Part shown: positions 41,493-52,268 of the stretch, piece after piece
Position numbering within the stretch: position 1 is the first letter of the stretch
Layout of the letters: each line of letters starts with the position of its first letter
IMG/VR virus record: IMGVR_UViG_3300027822_000001
Location: 1-64,000 of that record
Direction: 5' to 3' (one strand)
From: a virus
DNA: 64,000 bases
Notes under the pieces: generated by a model
The model's input: the letters and a program-made list of their open reading frames with translations, nothing else
The model's database searches: none
What the model was told of the DNA's origin: nothing
Made by a program: the position numbers and the translations under genes

Positions 41493-41765
41493 TTATTTTG
41501 AATCTTCGAGACTTTCTAGACTGTCTTTGTACTCTTTGAATATAGCTTCATAATCAACAGCTACCACATCAGATGCTTCTCCTGTGCTTATTGTATCATT
41601 AAGCTTCTCATTTCCTCTTATTATTAGCTTCTTTTTAGTACCAACAGCCTCTAGTAAATTAGTAACTAGTAAGTTTGCGGCAGTTACATTCTTTGCTACA
41701 GTATATATTGAATACCATTCAGATTCCTTTGTTCCTATTGCTACTTTGTATAAGCTTAGTCTCAT
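41493..41765 (-). CDS. Hypothetical protein
   Basis: Last ORF of the minus arm; ATGA overlap with the upstream gene. Confidence 0.65.
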   Translation of the reverse strand: MRLSLYKVAIGTKESEWYSIYTVAKNVTAANLLVTNLLEAVGTKKKLIIRGNEKLNDTISTGEASDVVAVDYEAIFKEYKDSLESLEDSK

Positions 41766-42556
41766 ATGTTTCTTTTAAATGATTCTTTATTAATATTAGT
41801 TTGTTGCGGTGGAAGCTCTTTATATTTAGCTATTTCTTTTCTTATATAGTCTAAGCTTTCTTCCGGAGTTTCATTAGCTTTAGTGTAGTTAACATAGGTA
41901 TTATTAGGCTCTCCTAAAATAACTGTTGCTACTTCATATACTGGTTTTTTTATGTCATCTTCTAAAAAATATACTTCTTTAAGTTGTTTTACTCTTCTTG
42001 TTGCTCCTCCAACAGTCATTGCAACATTAGTATATCTTCTAATTAAACTTTTATCTCTATATTTTGCAAGCAGCTTCTTATACTTATATTCATTACCATT
42101 AGCTTCATTAAAAGCTCTAATTGATATACTTTCTGGAGTTTTTGTATATTGGTTTATTTGCATATTAAAGTACTCTCCAGTAACTTCACTCTTAGGATTA
42201 GGTAGTATGGCTTTTAAGAAGTTTCTAGCTCCATCTCCTTTTGTAACCCACTTATCAGATAGGCTATCAAATTGTAGATTTATGAAGTCATCTTCTGTTA
42301 TTCCAATATTTTCTAGGCTATGTCTTAAATGTTTAAGGACTGATTCTATGCTCCACACTGATTTTGCATATATTCTCCCTACCGCCTGAGATTTGTATGT
42401 CGTAGCAGGTTCAAATGTTCTTGAATGAGGGGTCTTATTAGTAGACCCCTTCATCCAAATAAACACATTCTTACTATTACTTAACACTTGTTGAAATCCT
42501 ATTATAGATAAGGTATCTACTGCAAAGACTGATTGTTTAGAGTTATAGTAATTCAT
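41762..42556 (-). CDS. Hypothetical protein
   Basis: 264-aa basic ORF within the operon. Confidence 0.65.
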   Translation of the reverse strand: MNYYNSKQSVFAVDTLSIIGFQQVLSNSKNVFIWMKGSTNKTPHSRTFEPATTYKSQAVGRIYAKSVWSIESVLKHLRHSLENIGITEDDFINLQFDSLSDKWVTKGDGARNFLKAILPNPKSEVTGEYFNMQINQYTKTPESISIRAFNEANGNEYKYKKLLAKYRDKSLIRRYTNVAMTVGGATRRVKQLKEVYFLEDDIKKPVYEVATVILGEPNNTYVNYTKANETPEESLDYIRKEIAKYKELPPQQTNINKESFKRNI

Positions 42557-42567
42557 ATTTTATACTT

Positions 42568-42990
42568 TTATTGTATTCCAGTACTACCAAATCCATCTTT
42601 TCCTCGGTCAGTTTCATTAAGAGACTTAACCTCTTCTAATGTTACTTTTGTTATTGGATTTATAACCATTTGAGCAATTCTATCTCCTTTATGTATTATT
42701 TGTACTCCTTCTCCATGATTGATTAAAATAATACCTATTTCGCCTCTATAATCATAGTCTATAGTGCCTGGAGAGTTAAGAACTGTTATTCCTTTCTTAG
42801 CAGCCAGACCACTTCTAGGTCTTATCTGAGCTTCTAATCCTACTGGAAGTTCAATATACAATCCTGTAGATATAACTTCCCACTCACCCGAACGTATTAC
42901 TTGTTCTACGTTACTTCTTAAATCCATTCCTATACTACCTGTAGTTTCATATTTAGGTAATGGATTGTCAGATTTGTTTACTATTTTCAT
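42568..42990 (-). CDS. dut: Trimeric dUTPase
   Basis: GMDL, RPRSGLA, GTIDYDYRGEI, RIAQ and RG..GFGSTG motifs. Confidence 0.95.
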   Translation of the reverse strand: MKIVNKSDNPLPKYETTGSIGMDLRSNVEQVIRSGEWEVISTGLYIELPVGLEAQIRPRSGLAAKKGITVLNSPGTIDYDYRGEIGIILINHGEGVQIIHKGDRIAQMVINPITKVTLEEVKSLNETDRGKDGFGSTGIQ

Positions 42991-43517
42991 ATTGTATTTA
43001 GTTTTATTTTTTCAAGTAGCTCTAATCTACTTCTTATTGCAGTTGGTTCGGAATCAAATAAGTCTTTGGCTCTTTCCAGCCTATGTTTTTCATCTCTTCC
43101 AGATATCTTTGTTGCTAACTTTGTTATATAAGCGTCATCACTATCTGATATGGTTTCTTGTAAAAATTTATATTCTTCTGAACTAATCATCTTATAAAAA
43201 TCTGATAGACTTGATAAAGGTAATCTTTTATAGTTTCCTTGTATCAAAATATTCCATATTTCTTTCTTTTTTGGTAAGCATTCAAATTCTAGAATATAAT
43301 AGTTTTCTTCTTTATAGATAGCCTTAGCTTTATTTTTAGTTTCCATTTTAGTTGCCAACGCTAAATCAGAAACTCTTATAAATAATCTATATCTTCTATA
43401 TCTATCTTTATATTTAAATCCAATAACTATCATTGTAAGTATATTGTCTCTAAATATTGTCTTATTTATTCCAACGAGGGGCAGAAATAGCCTTCTAAGC
43501 TTCGTTTGTTGTAACAT
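42987..43517 (-). CDS. Hypothetical protein
   Basis: LFLPLVG...GNYK pattern; within the operon. Confidence 0.6.
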   Translation of the reverse strand: MLQQTKLRRLFLPLVGINKTIFRDNILTMIVIGFKYKDRYRRYRLFIRVSDLALATKMETKNKAKAIYKEENYYILEFECLPKKKEIWNILIQGNYKRLPLSSLSDFYKMISSEEYKFLQETISDSDDAYITKLATKISGRDEKHRLERAKDLFDSEPTAIRSRLELLEKIKLNTI

Positions 43518-43896
43518 CCCTTAATTCATCCTTTTTATCTAAAAAATCAATAACGTAGCTATGTGCTTCTTCAATTAATTCGTTATACCTGTTTTTTAAT
43601 AGAGCTATTGCATCTTTTTTATCTGATAGAAAAGCGTCGATATAGCAAACAAGACCATCAGTCATCTTTACTATATCACAAAAATTGGCTATTTCTACTA
43701 CTCTATTAACAGCATTTTTATAAATTCTCCTACTAAAAGTTTCTCCATTTTTCATTTGTACTCCTTTAAACATTGCTACTGTCTCGTAGGCATAATTTAT
43801 GTGTGGTATTATGTCATAAGTTGTAATATTAGCTACTTCGTCTTTAAGTTCTAATTCAACTCTAATAATTTTCTTCTCTTCCATTAAATCTTCCAT
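43495..43896 (-). CDS. Hypothetical protein
   Basis: Overlaps both neighbours. Confidence 0.6.
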   Translation of the reverse strand: MEDLMEEKKIIRVELELKDEVANITTYDIIPHINYAYETVAMFKGVQMKNGETFSRRIYKNAVNRVVEIANFCDIVKMTDGLVCYIDAFLSDKKDAIALLKNRYNELIEEAHSYVIDFLDKKDELRDVTTNEA

Positions 43897-44879
43897 TTAT
43901 TTATTAACATTTTCACTGTCTCTCTATTTAATTTGGATATAAGTTCAGCTGTATCCGTTGCTTCATAATGTTCTGATATTTTTATTTCATTTATACCATA
44001 CATATTTGCATATTTGTTGCTTAAAATATATCCTTTATTTTCTTCTTTATTATAATCACAATCATATAATAAAAATAAATTAAAGTTGTCCTTTAATACT
44101 TCTATTATATCTCTTGGGATTTCCATGTCTTCCCCTTGTGTGTTGCATACATTAAATCCTAAAGAGTCTAAGATAATACAATCTTTATTTGATTTAGTTA
44201 TGATAACTTCATCTTTACTAAAATCTAAATTTTCTAGATTATGTATCATTCTCTTTGCATTAGGATAATCAGACCTCCATTTATCTCCAAGTCTATCCAG
44301 TGGTTTATAGGCTTTTGAATGTACCTTACTTAGATATTTCTCTCTGTAGATATATATAGGGTCACCATAATATGCAGACCACACTCTTGCATTGTTTATA
44401 AGAAGTTCTTTTGCACTATATACATGATGCTTAATCAAATAGTTTAAACTTCCTATTTTCAACCTATCAAGCCAATATATTTTATCAAATTCAGTATATA
44501 CTGGTTTATTATTATATTTAAAATATATAGGTTGTAATATTTTTTCTCTTTTTATGCTACTTTGTATTTTATCTCTTTTAACAACAGCTTCTCTATATTT
44601 TATTCCTAAGCTAGTATCTATTTTTAAGTCTATTATTATCCTATTAATAGCTTCAGTAAAAGTCATTCTATATAATTCCATTACAAAATCTATAGCATTT
44701 CCTTTAGTGTTTCCAAAGTCCTTAAAAAAGAGCAGACCTACGTTATTAACAAATATGTTAAACGAAGGTCTCTTCTCTTTTCTAAAAGGAGACTTATAAT
44801 AAGTTCCTATCTTATAGCTACCAAAGTAGTATTTAAAGATGGAGCTGCTGTACTGTAGAACTCTATCTTTAACAGTCAT
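43884..44879 (-). CDS. DNA primase (DnaG-like TOPRIM, crAss-type)
   Basis: SPFR.EKRPSF...FKDFG..GNAIDFV, IITKS.KD, YDCD, TDTAE. Confidence 0.85.
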   Translation of the reverse strand: MTVKDRVLQYSSSIFKYYFGSYKIGTYYKSPFRKEKRPSFNIFVNNVGLLFFKDFGNTKGNAIDFVMELYRMTFTEAINRIIIDLKIDTSLGIKYREAVVKRDKIQSSIKREKILQPIYFKYNNKPVYTEFDKIYWLDRLKIGSLNYLIKHHVYSAKELLINNARVWSAYYGDPIYIYREKYLSKVHSKAYKPLDRLGDKWRSDYPNAKRMIHNLENLDFSKDEVIITKSNKDCIILDSLGFNVCNTQGEDMEIPRDIIEVLKDNFNLFLLYDCDYNKEENKGYILSNKYANMYGINEIKISEHYEATDTAELISKLNRETVKMLINKWKI

Positions 44880-44886
44880 TTATTGG

Positions 44887-45981
44887 TTAGAAGAAATTAA
44901 CATCTTCTGTACCTCCATCTCCAAACGGATTGTCTGTTTCTGTTGGTTTAGAGGTTGCTGCAGCTTGTTGTCTGTTTATTACACCACTCATTAATTTTTC
45001 AGTATAGCTACTTTTAAACTCTTTTAATCCTAAATGTGGCATTCCATTATGTCCTACAAAAATACCTTTTGATTCTGCACTATAAACCTTACCATTAGAT
45101 GCAGGCTTTCGTTCTTCTGCTAACGATTTCAAGATTCTACTAAACTCTTTATTTACTGTTAAGTTGTTATCTAAATACCAACGTTCAAATACAGGATAAT
45201 AAGACTGTCTGAACTCGTTTCTGGTACTGTTATTATTTTCAACAGTCATTAGAAGAGTAGAACCATAAGCAGATTTACCATCAGCTGTTCTTATATCTTC
45301 ATGAATAATAGATATAAGCTCTTCAAGAGATGACATATCACCTTCTAACATAGCATCGACATCTAAGTCTTCTACCAATGCAACTTTTCTATTTAAGGTA
45401 GAGTAAGCATACAAGAAGTTAATTAAATCTTCAAAGTCTAAATGACCAGTAGAGAAAGGCATACCATGTACACCATCATCATCACCATGTTCAAACTTCT
45501 CACTTCCGAAAGCTCCGTCAACAGCAACATATGTGGTTTTACCAAATTTATTGAAGACTTTTACTTTGTCTCCTTTTTTAGTAATACTTTTTGCTTTCAT
45601 AAATCTAAAAGTCAATAACTTTTTCATTTTTAAAGCATCCAAAGTTTCAACTACTAAAGTTACTTTAGCATAAGTTACTTCGTCTTCGACGACAACAGAT
45701 TCTCTGTCTGAAGGAGCTAATTCATCATATTCTTTTTGAGATACTCTTTTTTTACCACCTCGTTCTTTAAAGTCAGTCCAACCCCAACCTAGTTTAGTTG
45801 TTCCCGTATAAACTCGTTCATCTTTGTCTGTATTATAGCCATCAAATAATTTAGCCATAGTTGCATTATCAGGATTTATGATAGGCATTCCTTTTTCATC
45901 TTCTACAATTTTAACTCCAGTAACTCCAAAATATTTAGTAAATTCCTGTCGTTCCGTAAACGTATTTGCTAATTTTCCCAT
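44887..45981 (-). CDS. Putative single-stranded DNA-binding protein
   Basis: Acidic/aromatic tail DNPFGDGGTEDVNFF; lies between the ATPase and primase genes as in crAss-like replication modules. Confidence 0.55.
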   Translation of the reverse strand: MGKLANTFTERQEFTKYFGVTGVKIVEDEKGMPIINPDNATMAKLFDGYNTDKDERVYTGTTKLGWGWTDFKERGGKKRVSQKEYDELAPSDRESVVVEDEVTYAKVTLVVETLDALKMKKLLTFRFMKAKSITKKGDKVKVFNKFGKTTYVAVDGAFGSEKFEHGDDDGVHGMPFSTGHLDFEDLINFLYAYSTLNRKVALVEDLDVDAMLEGDMSSLEELISIIHEDIRTADGKSAYGSTLLMTVENNNSTRNEFRQSYYPVFERWYLDNNLTVNKEFSRILKSLAEERKPASNGKVYSAESKGIFVGHNGMPHLGLKEFKSSYTEKLMSGVINRQQAAATSKPTETDNPFGDGGTEDVNFF

Positions 45982-46015
45982 TTATTATATATAAATCTTA
46001 AATTATTATTACTTG

Positions 46016-47047
46016 TTAAATAGAGTCAATAATTGAAGCTGCATCTGCTTCATTCAATGTTTGCACTTCTTCTTCAATAGGTGCCGATGCAACAGCAACA
46101 TCTTCTAATGTATTAGTATTACCTCTACGTTTTTTTACTCTAAAGTCTGAAAGTTTATAAGCTGCTCTATCTGTTAATTTAGCTGCTACATTACCATCTC
46201 CATCAAAAATAGCTACTGTTACTGCTTTATTATTGTAGCTAAATTTACCTACTTTTAATTTGCCAGATTTACTCATATCATCAGGGGCAACAACTCCATA
46301 CATAGGATGTCTGAATACTTTACCTAATCTACTTCCAATAGATAATTTACCACCAGAACGAAGTGGGTATAATTTAATGAAGTTTTGTTCTCCAATGCCA
46401 CCTTCTACCATATAAGTACCTTCAGTACCTTTAATGATATTTCCAGCTCCGTCAATTTCTACTCCTGAGAAGAAACCTAAATCACACATAGATACATAGC
46501 AATAAGCACTAGTAGTCAAAATAAAGTTTCCGTTTTCATCAGAGCCATCAGCTTTATCTTCACTGATATCTTCATATGTACTTGTATAATATTGTTTATA
46601 CAAAGGAACATTATGGTCTATTTTTATCCATTTTCCATCTCTTTTTTCTGCTTCTGAGATAACTACTCCATTATCATCTTTTTTAGAATATGTCCAATCA
46701 GATACTTCTCCATTTTTAGGAGTAATACCTTCAGGCAATTCATCAGTGATTTTACTCATTGATACAAGGGGTAATGGCATAACTCTTTCAGTAGTTTCAT
46801 CAGTAACAATATTATCTAAGTAGCCACAAAACGGACTATCTTGATGATATGCTCCTCTTACTTTAAGAATATTCTTTCCACTTGAATCTAAGATAAAAGA
46901 TTGAGTAGATACAGCATTTTTATCCAGTTGTTTGCCATCCCATCCAATTTGAGGTACTTTAACTTTAACTTCTCCACCAGCACGTGATAAAATTTTTAAA
47001 TCTACATTTTCAAAACTGCTGCTAAATGTTCTTCTTTTTAATCCCAT
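46016..47047 (-). CDS. Hypothetical replication-module protein with acidic tail
   Basis: 343 aa, beta-rich, acidic C-terminus. Confidence 0.55.
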   Translation of the reverse strand: MGLKRRTFSSSFENVDLKILSRAGGEVKVKVPQIGWDGKQLDKNAVSTQSFILDSSGKNILKVRGAYHQDSPFCGYLDNIVTDETTERVMPLPLVSMSKITDELPEGITPKNGEVSDWTYSKKDDNGVVISEAEKRDGKWIKIDHNVPLYKQYYTSTYEDISEDKADGSDENGNFILTTSAYCYVSMCDLGFFSGVEIDGAGNIIKGTEGTYMVEGGIGEQNFIKLYPLRSGGKLSIGSRLGKVFRHPMYGVVAPDDMSKSGKLKVGKFSYNNKAVTVAIFDGDGNVAAKLTDRAAYKLSDFRVKKRRGNTNTLEDVAVASAPIEEEVQTLNEADAASIIDSI

Positions 47048-47053
47048 TGTTTA

Positions 47054-47812
47054 TTAATTTATTTTAAATTTATAGTAGAGATTGAAAGCATTTCTTACAA
47101 TCCCTAAGTCATTAGGTATTTCTTTAACTAGTCTACCTTGTTCATTAACAAATACGCCTAATACTGATTTCGCAATATCATTCTCATGTTGTGGTAATGT
47201 TCTGAATGAATATACCATATTTCTTCCTTTAAGTCTCCTTTGTGCTACTAATACTGTCGAGAATAATCCTTCTATAGTAAACTTCTCATCTAACATCTTT
47301 CCAATAGTCTTTAATTTTATAAATATTTCTTTATCTTCTTTGTATTCATCTGTGTGCATAATAATAAACACTATTATGTCTTCTCTTAACTCTCTTAAAT
47401 CATGCATTATTAAGTTAACAAATGAAAAACCCATTTGAGCATATTTCTCAAACCCAGTTTGTACTCTGCGGTCAAAGAAATCCATACTGAGAAGATATTG
47501 AGCATCTTCTACAATTATGTTTTTAATCTTGGGGTTCTTATTAATTAACTGTAATGAGCTTGATATTTTATTATAGTTCCATCCTGTTATTTTATTTCCA
47601 ACTACTCCTTTCTTTCCGTCTTTTTCTATCATTCTAAATTCTGTGAATGTTCCTGGTGGAACAGGTAGTTCTTTGTTTACAGTATTTATTAAAAAGGTTT
47701 CTTCTGGCTTTAATCCTTCTATCTTTATATTGTCGTCTGGATAATCTAACTTACAGTAAGCAGTTGACTTTCCTGAAGCTGATTTTCCAGCAATAACTAC
47801 AATTTTTGACAT
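47054..47812 (-). CDS. AAA_24/Sak4-like ATPase
   Basis: Walker A GKSASGKST, IIVEDAQY, KTIGKMLDEK..IEGLF, AKS..G.F, IPNDL. Confidence 0.85.
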   Translation of the reverse strand: MSKIVVIAGKSASGKSTAYCKLDYPDDNIKIEGLKPEETFLINTVNKELPVPPGTFTEFRMIEKDGKKGVVGNKITGWNYNKISSSLQLINKNPKIKNIIVEDAQYLLSMDFFDRRVQTGFEKYAQMGFSFVNLIMHDLRELREDIIVFIIMHTDEYKEDKEIFIKLKTIGKMLDEKFTIEGLFSTVLVAQRRLKGRNMVYSFRTLPQHENDIAKSVLGVFVNEQGRLVKEIPNDLGIVRNAFNLYYKFKIN

Positions 47813-48918
47813 TATACTATATTGTATTTTTTAAATTCATACTTTTCATAGTTTAAGTCCTCTGGATTTTCAATATCTCTAAATATTCCATTTTCTCCTA
47901 CGTATGCAGCAGCAACTCTTATAGCAGAGCCTCCATATCTATCTTTCTCAATACCAAATAGCCTGAATCTATCTAATAAGCCTAAGTTGTTGTTTTCTTC
48001 TGTTGGCTTTATATAATACATACTATTTTTAAATCTTACACTAGATATCTCCTCATGATAAGGACTTCCTATTGCTATACAAACATCACAATCTTGAAAG
48101 GTATTTTTTGTATCCCTTGCATCTGCATGCCCATATATTAATTTCTTCGGTCCTTCTCCTTTCTTCTCTGGGTTAACTTGTTGAATGACAACTGGAGTTA
48201 GCCCAAACTGTCTTTTCAGGTCTACAAATATCATCTTACTTACCATATCCATTGTCTTTTTTAAAGTTGAACTTGGTAATTCTGGTATTAATGCCATATG
48301 GTCTACAGCAGCTATTACCATCTTTTTTCTATTTTTAAAATGATATAATGGTTTACCTAAAGCATCTACTCCAAATTGAACAGACTGTTGCACACATCTC
48401 TTATGTATATAATCATACATATCCATTGGTTTTGCAGAAGTAAAGATAGTAGTTATTTTATCAATTACTTCTAAGTATCTAATAAAACCCTCATCTTTCA
48501 TGATGTTTGAAATATCCTTTGGTGGTTTTCCATACACTCCAAGTAACTTTTTTATTCCTGTTAGAGTATTCTTATGAATAAAGAGGTATCTTACAGCTGC
48601 TTTAGCTGAAATCATTACTCTATCTATCTCTAAAGAATATAAAATTACTTCAATATCATCAGCATCTAACTCTCCACTTACCACTCTATCTGCTAAATTA
48701 AATATAAACTGGTCATAAAAGAAACTACTTTTACCAGCTTTTGATGCTCCTAGTATTAAATAATACATTCCTCTCATAATTCCTCCCACTGGAGCATTTA
48801 ATTTATTTATTGTGAATGGTAATCCTTGATTAAAACCATCAATTCCATCTTGTACTGCTTTTCCTAAGGCTTTAGTTAAACTATAAGTCCTGCCCAAATC
48901 CTCCATATGAGTCATCAT
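47812..48918 (-). CDS. DnaB-like (SF4) replicative helicase
   Basis: Walker A GASKAGKS, YSLE, AVDH, VIQQVN, KDRYG. Confidence 0.85.
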   Translation of the reverse strand: MMTHMEDLGRTYSLTKALGKAVQDGIDGFNQGLPFTINKLNAPVGGIMRGMYYLILGASKAGKSSFFYDQFIFNLADRVVSGELDADDIEVILYSLEIDRVMISAKAAVRYLFIHKNTLTGIKKLLGVYGKPPKDISNIMKDEGFIRYLEVIDKITTIFTSAKPMDMYDYIHKRCVQQSVQFGVDALGKPLYHFKNRKKMVIAAVDHMALIPELPSSTLKKTMDMVSKMIFVDLKRQFGLTPVVIQQVNPEKKGEGPKKLIYGHADARDTKNTFQDCDVCIAIGSPYHEEISSVRFKNSMYYIKPTEENNNLGLLDRFRLFGIEKDRYGGSAIRVAAAYVGENGIFRDIENPEDLNYEKYEFKKYNIV

Positions 48919-49528
48919 TTCCTCTAAATATAGTTTTCTGATGTGCTCTTCTTTCCATTATATTATGGCAATATTCTATTAAATACCCATTTTTAGCGTT
49001 TCCTGTAATAAACGTAGAACACTTTGGGGCATACTTTAAATAACCCATAGAATCTTTATCTATATTTTCTAAAAACTCCTCATTAGCTTTTAATATCACA
49101 TCTACCTCGATGTCTTCGTTATCTCTTATAAAATCATATAGATATTTTTCTGCTGCTTTTTTATCTAATAATGGATATTTTTTCATCTCTTTAGTTATTC
49201 CCATCTTGCCTCTCCAATTAGATAAAAATCTTTTAGTTACTGTATTTATAGATAGAGTACTGGAACAGGCATCTAATATCTTACAATATTTACTTCCATC
49301 ATACATAGTATAGTTAAGCTCATAATTACTACCTCTCTTTAATATTATATTAGCATCTACTAATCTATTCACTATCTTCATAAGTTCTGGAACTGTAACT
49401 ATTAAGTTAGGTAATAATTTATATTTTGCAGCTTCTATTACAAGTAAAGATAAAAGTTCTTCTATTCCTACATTATTAGATATTACTTTTTCATATATTC
49501 TTTTTAAATCCATTATTAATGTATCCAA
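48881..49528 (-). CDS. Putative replication initiator/helicase-loader-like protein
   Basis: N-terminal wHTH-like region; lies between the polymerase and helicase genes. Confidence 0.4.
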   Translation of the reverse strand: MDTLIMDLKRIYEKVISNNVGIEELLSLLVIEAAKYKLLPNLIVTVPELMKIVNRLVDANIILKRGSNYELNYTMYDGSKYCKILDACSSTLSINTVTKRFLSNWRGKMGITKEMKKYPLLDKKAAEKYLYDFIRDNEDIEVDVILKANEEFLENIDKDSMGYLKYAPKCSTFITGNAKNGYLIEYCHNIMERRAHQKTIFRGNDDSYGGFGQDL

Positions 49529-51804
49529 TAATCATTTATATATGGTTTGGCTTCTATTGTTAATACTTCAGTGTATATAACAGAAGCTTCTTCCATTGAA
49601 AGTCTTAAAAGAGAAGCTGCCATTTTACTCTTATTTTTGTCTGTTTCTAACATTATCTCATCATGTATATGATTAACTGGTTTTATTGTAGATACCAAAT
49701 CTATTCCTTTATCTTCTAATTTTTCCATCAATAAACATTCTGCTGTTTTAGTCATGTCAGCTGCAGTTCCTTGTATTCCTGTATTCATAGCTGCTCTTTC
49801 CATATCTCCTTTCAACGAACTTGTTCTTCTATTTAGTTGATATAAATCTGAGCCTTTTTCTTTTATTCTCTTATAAAACATACTGACTCCTTCTCTGCTA
49901 AATTGTTTTGTAAATTCTTTCTTTCTTCTGTCAAGTTCATTCATTCCTTGTCTATACTCTTTCCAATCTGGAAGCCATCTTCTTCGATTTGTTATGTTAT
50001 TTACTATAATAAATCCATGTTTGATAACTTTCTTTTTTTCTTCATCAAAGTAAATTTTTAATTCTGGAAAACCTTTCCAAAAACCATTCAATAAATCATT
50101 AGCATCTTCTAAGCTTATTCCTTGGGAATCTTTTAAATTATAAGCACTTCCTCCAAATGAAATAAAAAAGTTTAAAACTTTTCCCTTTTGACGAAGAGAA
50201 CAACTTATTCTATCATCTTCTACTTCATTAGTATCTTCATAAAAAGCATATAGCTTTTTATTAATCTCTTTTAAAGATGCTTTTGATATATCTATAGGAT
50301 ATAAGTTACTCAGCATTTGCTTTGCAGTTTCTTCATCATTTTGAACTTCAACAGCTAAGCTATACTTTTTTACTATTATATCTCTATGTTCTTTGATTGA
50401 GTATACTCTACTAGCAACCATACTATGACTGTCTCCATCTCCATTTTTAAAGAATTCTACAAAAGCTTTATCTTCAGATTTATCAGCCATCACTTGACTT
50501 TCCTGACCGGAGTAATCAGCCCCTACTATATCAGTATCTTCTTGAGACCTAAATAGCATCCTCCACTCAAGTCCTCCAGGTATCTGTGCTAAGTTCGGTT
50601 TCTTTAAAGCAACTCTACCTGTCTCTAATACTTGATTTACAGAACAGTGTATTCTATTAGTTCTTAAATTAATATGCTCCTTGTATTTTATACCATAAGA
50701 GCTAATAAGTTTTGATATTTTCTTATATTTTATAAATTTAGATACTAAAGAGTATTGTTTATAGGCAGGTTTATCTAATTCTTTTATACCGATAGTTTCT
50801 TTACCATACTTATCTTTTATTGTTTTACCTACAGTTTTAAATATAATAGGTTTTATTTGTTTTTGAGAGTTCCAATTAAGTCTTTTACTGTCTTTTCCTT
50901 TATTTAACACTCTCACATCTTCTTCAAATAATGATTTTTGTATTACTTTTTTGACATTAAAAGGAATCTCTCTATATCCTTTTAACTCTTCAAATTCGGC
51001 AATAGCTTGCTTATTTAAACTTAGTTCAATATCGTATCTTCTTTCTATATTTTTATCGTAAAGTTTTAACATTTCTGGAAGGTCAATAAATATACCATTA
51101 TACATCATATCGGCAAAATATAAAGATACTTTATTTTCTAACACAGTTACACTTAATTCATGCCTATTTGCTAAATCTTTTATTCTATCAGTTAAACTAT
51201 AATTTTTGTGAATTAAATTAAAAGTTAAAAGCTTTTCAATAAGTTTTTCATATATATCAAATAGTTCAACATCTCTTGCAGCATATTTTATCTGACTTAG
51301 AGAGTAATTATTTCCATATAGAAAACTAGATTGTTCTGATTTTGGTATACTTATATCTAAATATTCTTTATATAGACCAGCTAAACTTGTTATAAAAGCT
51401 CTTCCATAATCGGTATATACAAATCTGTCTTTTCTTCCTTGTCTTAAAACTTTAGCACTAATAAGTAAATCAAATGTGTTATTTATTACAAGTCCAATAC
51501 TTCTAAGCATATTTCTTTCAAAATATACATTAGCTACTATCTTTTCTATTTTTTTACTACTTAAGATATCTCCTAATTTATCAATATCACAAGTTGTAGC
51601 ATCAAATACATATTGATTTTCTTTAGTGCCTAATTGTATTAATCTTACTTGATTAGGCTTAGTAAAGTCTAATCCAAAAGTTTCAGTATCTTCGCATATG
51701 ATAGCTTCTCTATTAATATCTTCTATTGCTTTATCTATAGAAAGTGGAGATATGCTACCATCGTTGTCTATAATTCTTCTTATATCTCCTACAAAATAAA
51801 TCAT
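49516..51804 (-). CDS. polA: Family A DNA polymerase with 3'-5' exonuclease
   Basis: DTET and YAARD (exonuclease); TGR....PNLAQIP; motif A ADYSGQE; motif B RQKGKVLNF; NTGIQGTAAD; motif C HIHDE. Confidence 0.93.
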   Translation of the reverse strand: MIYFVGDIRRIIDNDGSISPLSIDKAIEDINREAIICEDTETFGLDFTKPNQVRLIQLGTKENQYVFDATTCDIDKLGDILSSKKIEKIVANVYFERNMLRSIGLVINNTFDLLISAKVLRQGRKDRFVYTDYGRAFITSLAGLYKEYLDISIPKSEQSSFLYGNNYSLSQIKYAARDVELFDIYEKLIEKLLTFNLIHKNYSLTDRIKDLANRHELSVTVLENKVSLYFADMMYNGIFIDLPEMLKLYDKNIERRYDIELSLNKQAIAEFEELKGYREIPFNVKKVIQKSLFEEDVRVLNKGKDSKRLNWNSQKQIKPIIFKTVGKTIKDKYGKETIGIKELDKPAYKQYSLVSKFIKYKKISKLISSYGIKYKEHINLRTNRIHCSVNQVLETGRVALKKPNLAQIPGGLEWRMLFRSQEDTDIVGADYSGQESQVMADKSEDKAFVEFFKNGDGDSHSMVASRVYSIKEHRDIIVKKYSLAVEVQNDEETAKQMLSNLYPIDISKASLKEINKKLYAFYEDTNEVEDDRISCSLRQKGKVLNFFISFGGSAYNLKDSQGISLEDANDLLNGFWKGFPELKIYFDEEKKKVIKHGFIIVNNITNRRRWLPDWKEYRQGMNELDRRKKEFTKQFSREGVSMFYKRIKEKGSDLYQLNRRTSSLKGDMERAAMNTGIQGTAADMTKTAECLLMEKLEDKGIDLVSTIKPVNHIHDEIMLETDKNKSKMAASLLRLSMEEASVIYTEVLTIEAKPYINDYWIH

Positions 51805-52244
51805 TTTACTTTGTCATACTTTACTACCATCATTACTTCACTAAGACTAGCTAAAGTTAATAAGCTACTCATACTTTTTCCTCTTACTAGAACTTTTGTA
51901 GCTCCATTAAAGTTTTCACTTAAAACATGAGTTACAATAACTAAATCTCCTATTTCCACTTCAATATTATAATTATCAGTTCTTTCTCCAGCAAGTATTA
52001 CTTCATACACTGCTTCTTCTTTACTATTATAGTTAGGACTTCCAGGAACTATAATTTTATTTGTTTTTGGATATAATCTTACTTTCTCTAAAAGAAGCAT
52101 ATTACTTTTAAGCTTAACTATATTTAAAATTACTTCTTTCTCAACTAGTCTGTTCTTTTCGGCAATTTCTTCAATTTCATCTATTGATGTAGACTTTAAA
52201 GCATTTTCATACTTTGTAGCCATATTCTTAGGTTTACTAGACAT
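51801..52244 (-). CDS. GroES/Cpn10-like co-chaperonin
   Basis: KIIVP...EVILAG....EVEIGDLV...SEVMMVV pattern, with an N-terminal extension. Confidence 0.55.
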   Translation of the reverse strand: MSSKPKNMATKYENALKSTSIDEIEEIAEKNRLVEKEVILNIVKLKSNMLLLEKVRLYPKTNKIIVPGSPNYNSKEEAVYEVILAGERTDNYNIEVEIGDLVIVTHVLSENFNGATKVLVRGKSMSSLLTLASLSEVMMVVKYDKVK

Positions 52245-52268
52245 ATAATACTAGTTTTATTGTTAATA

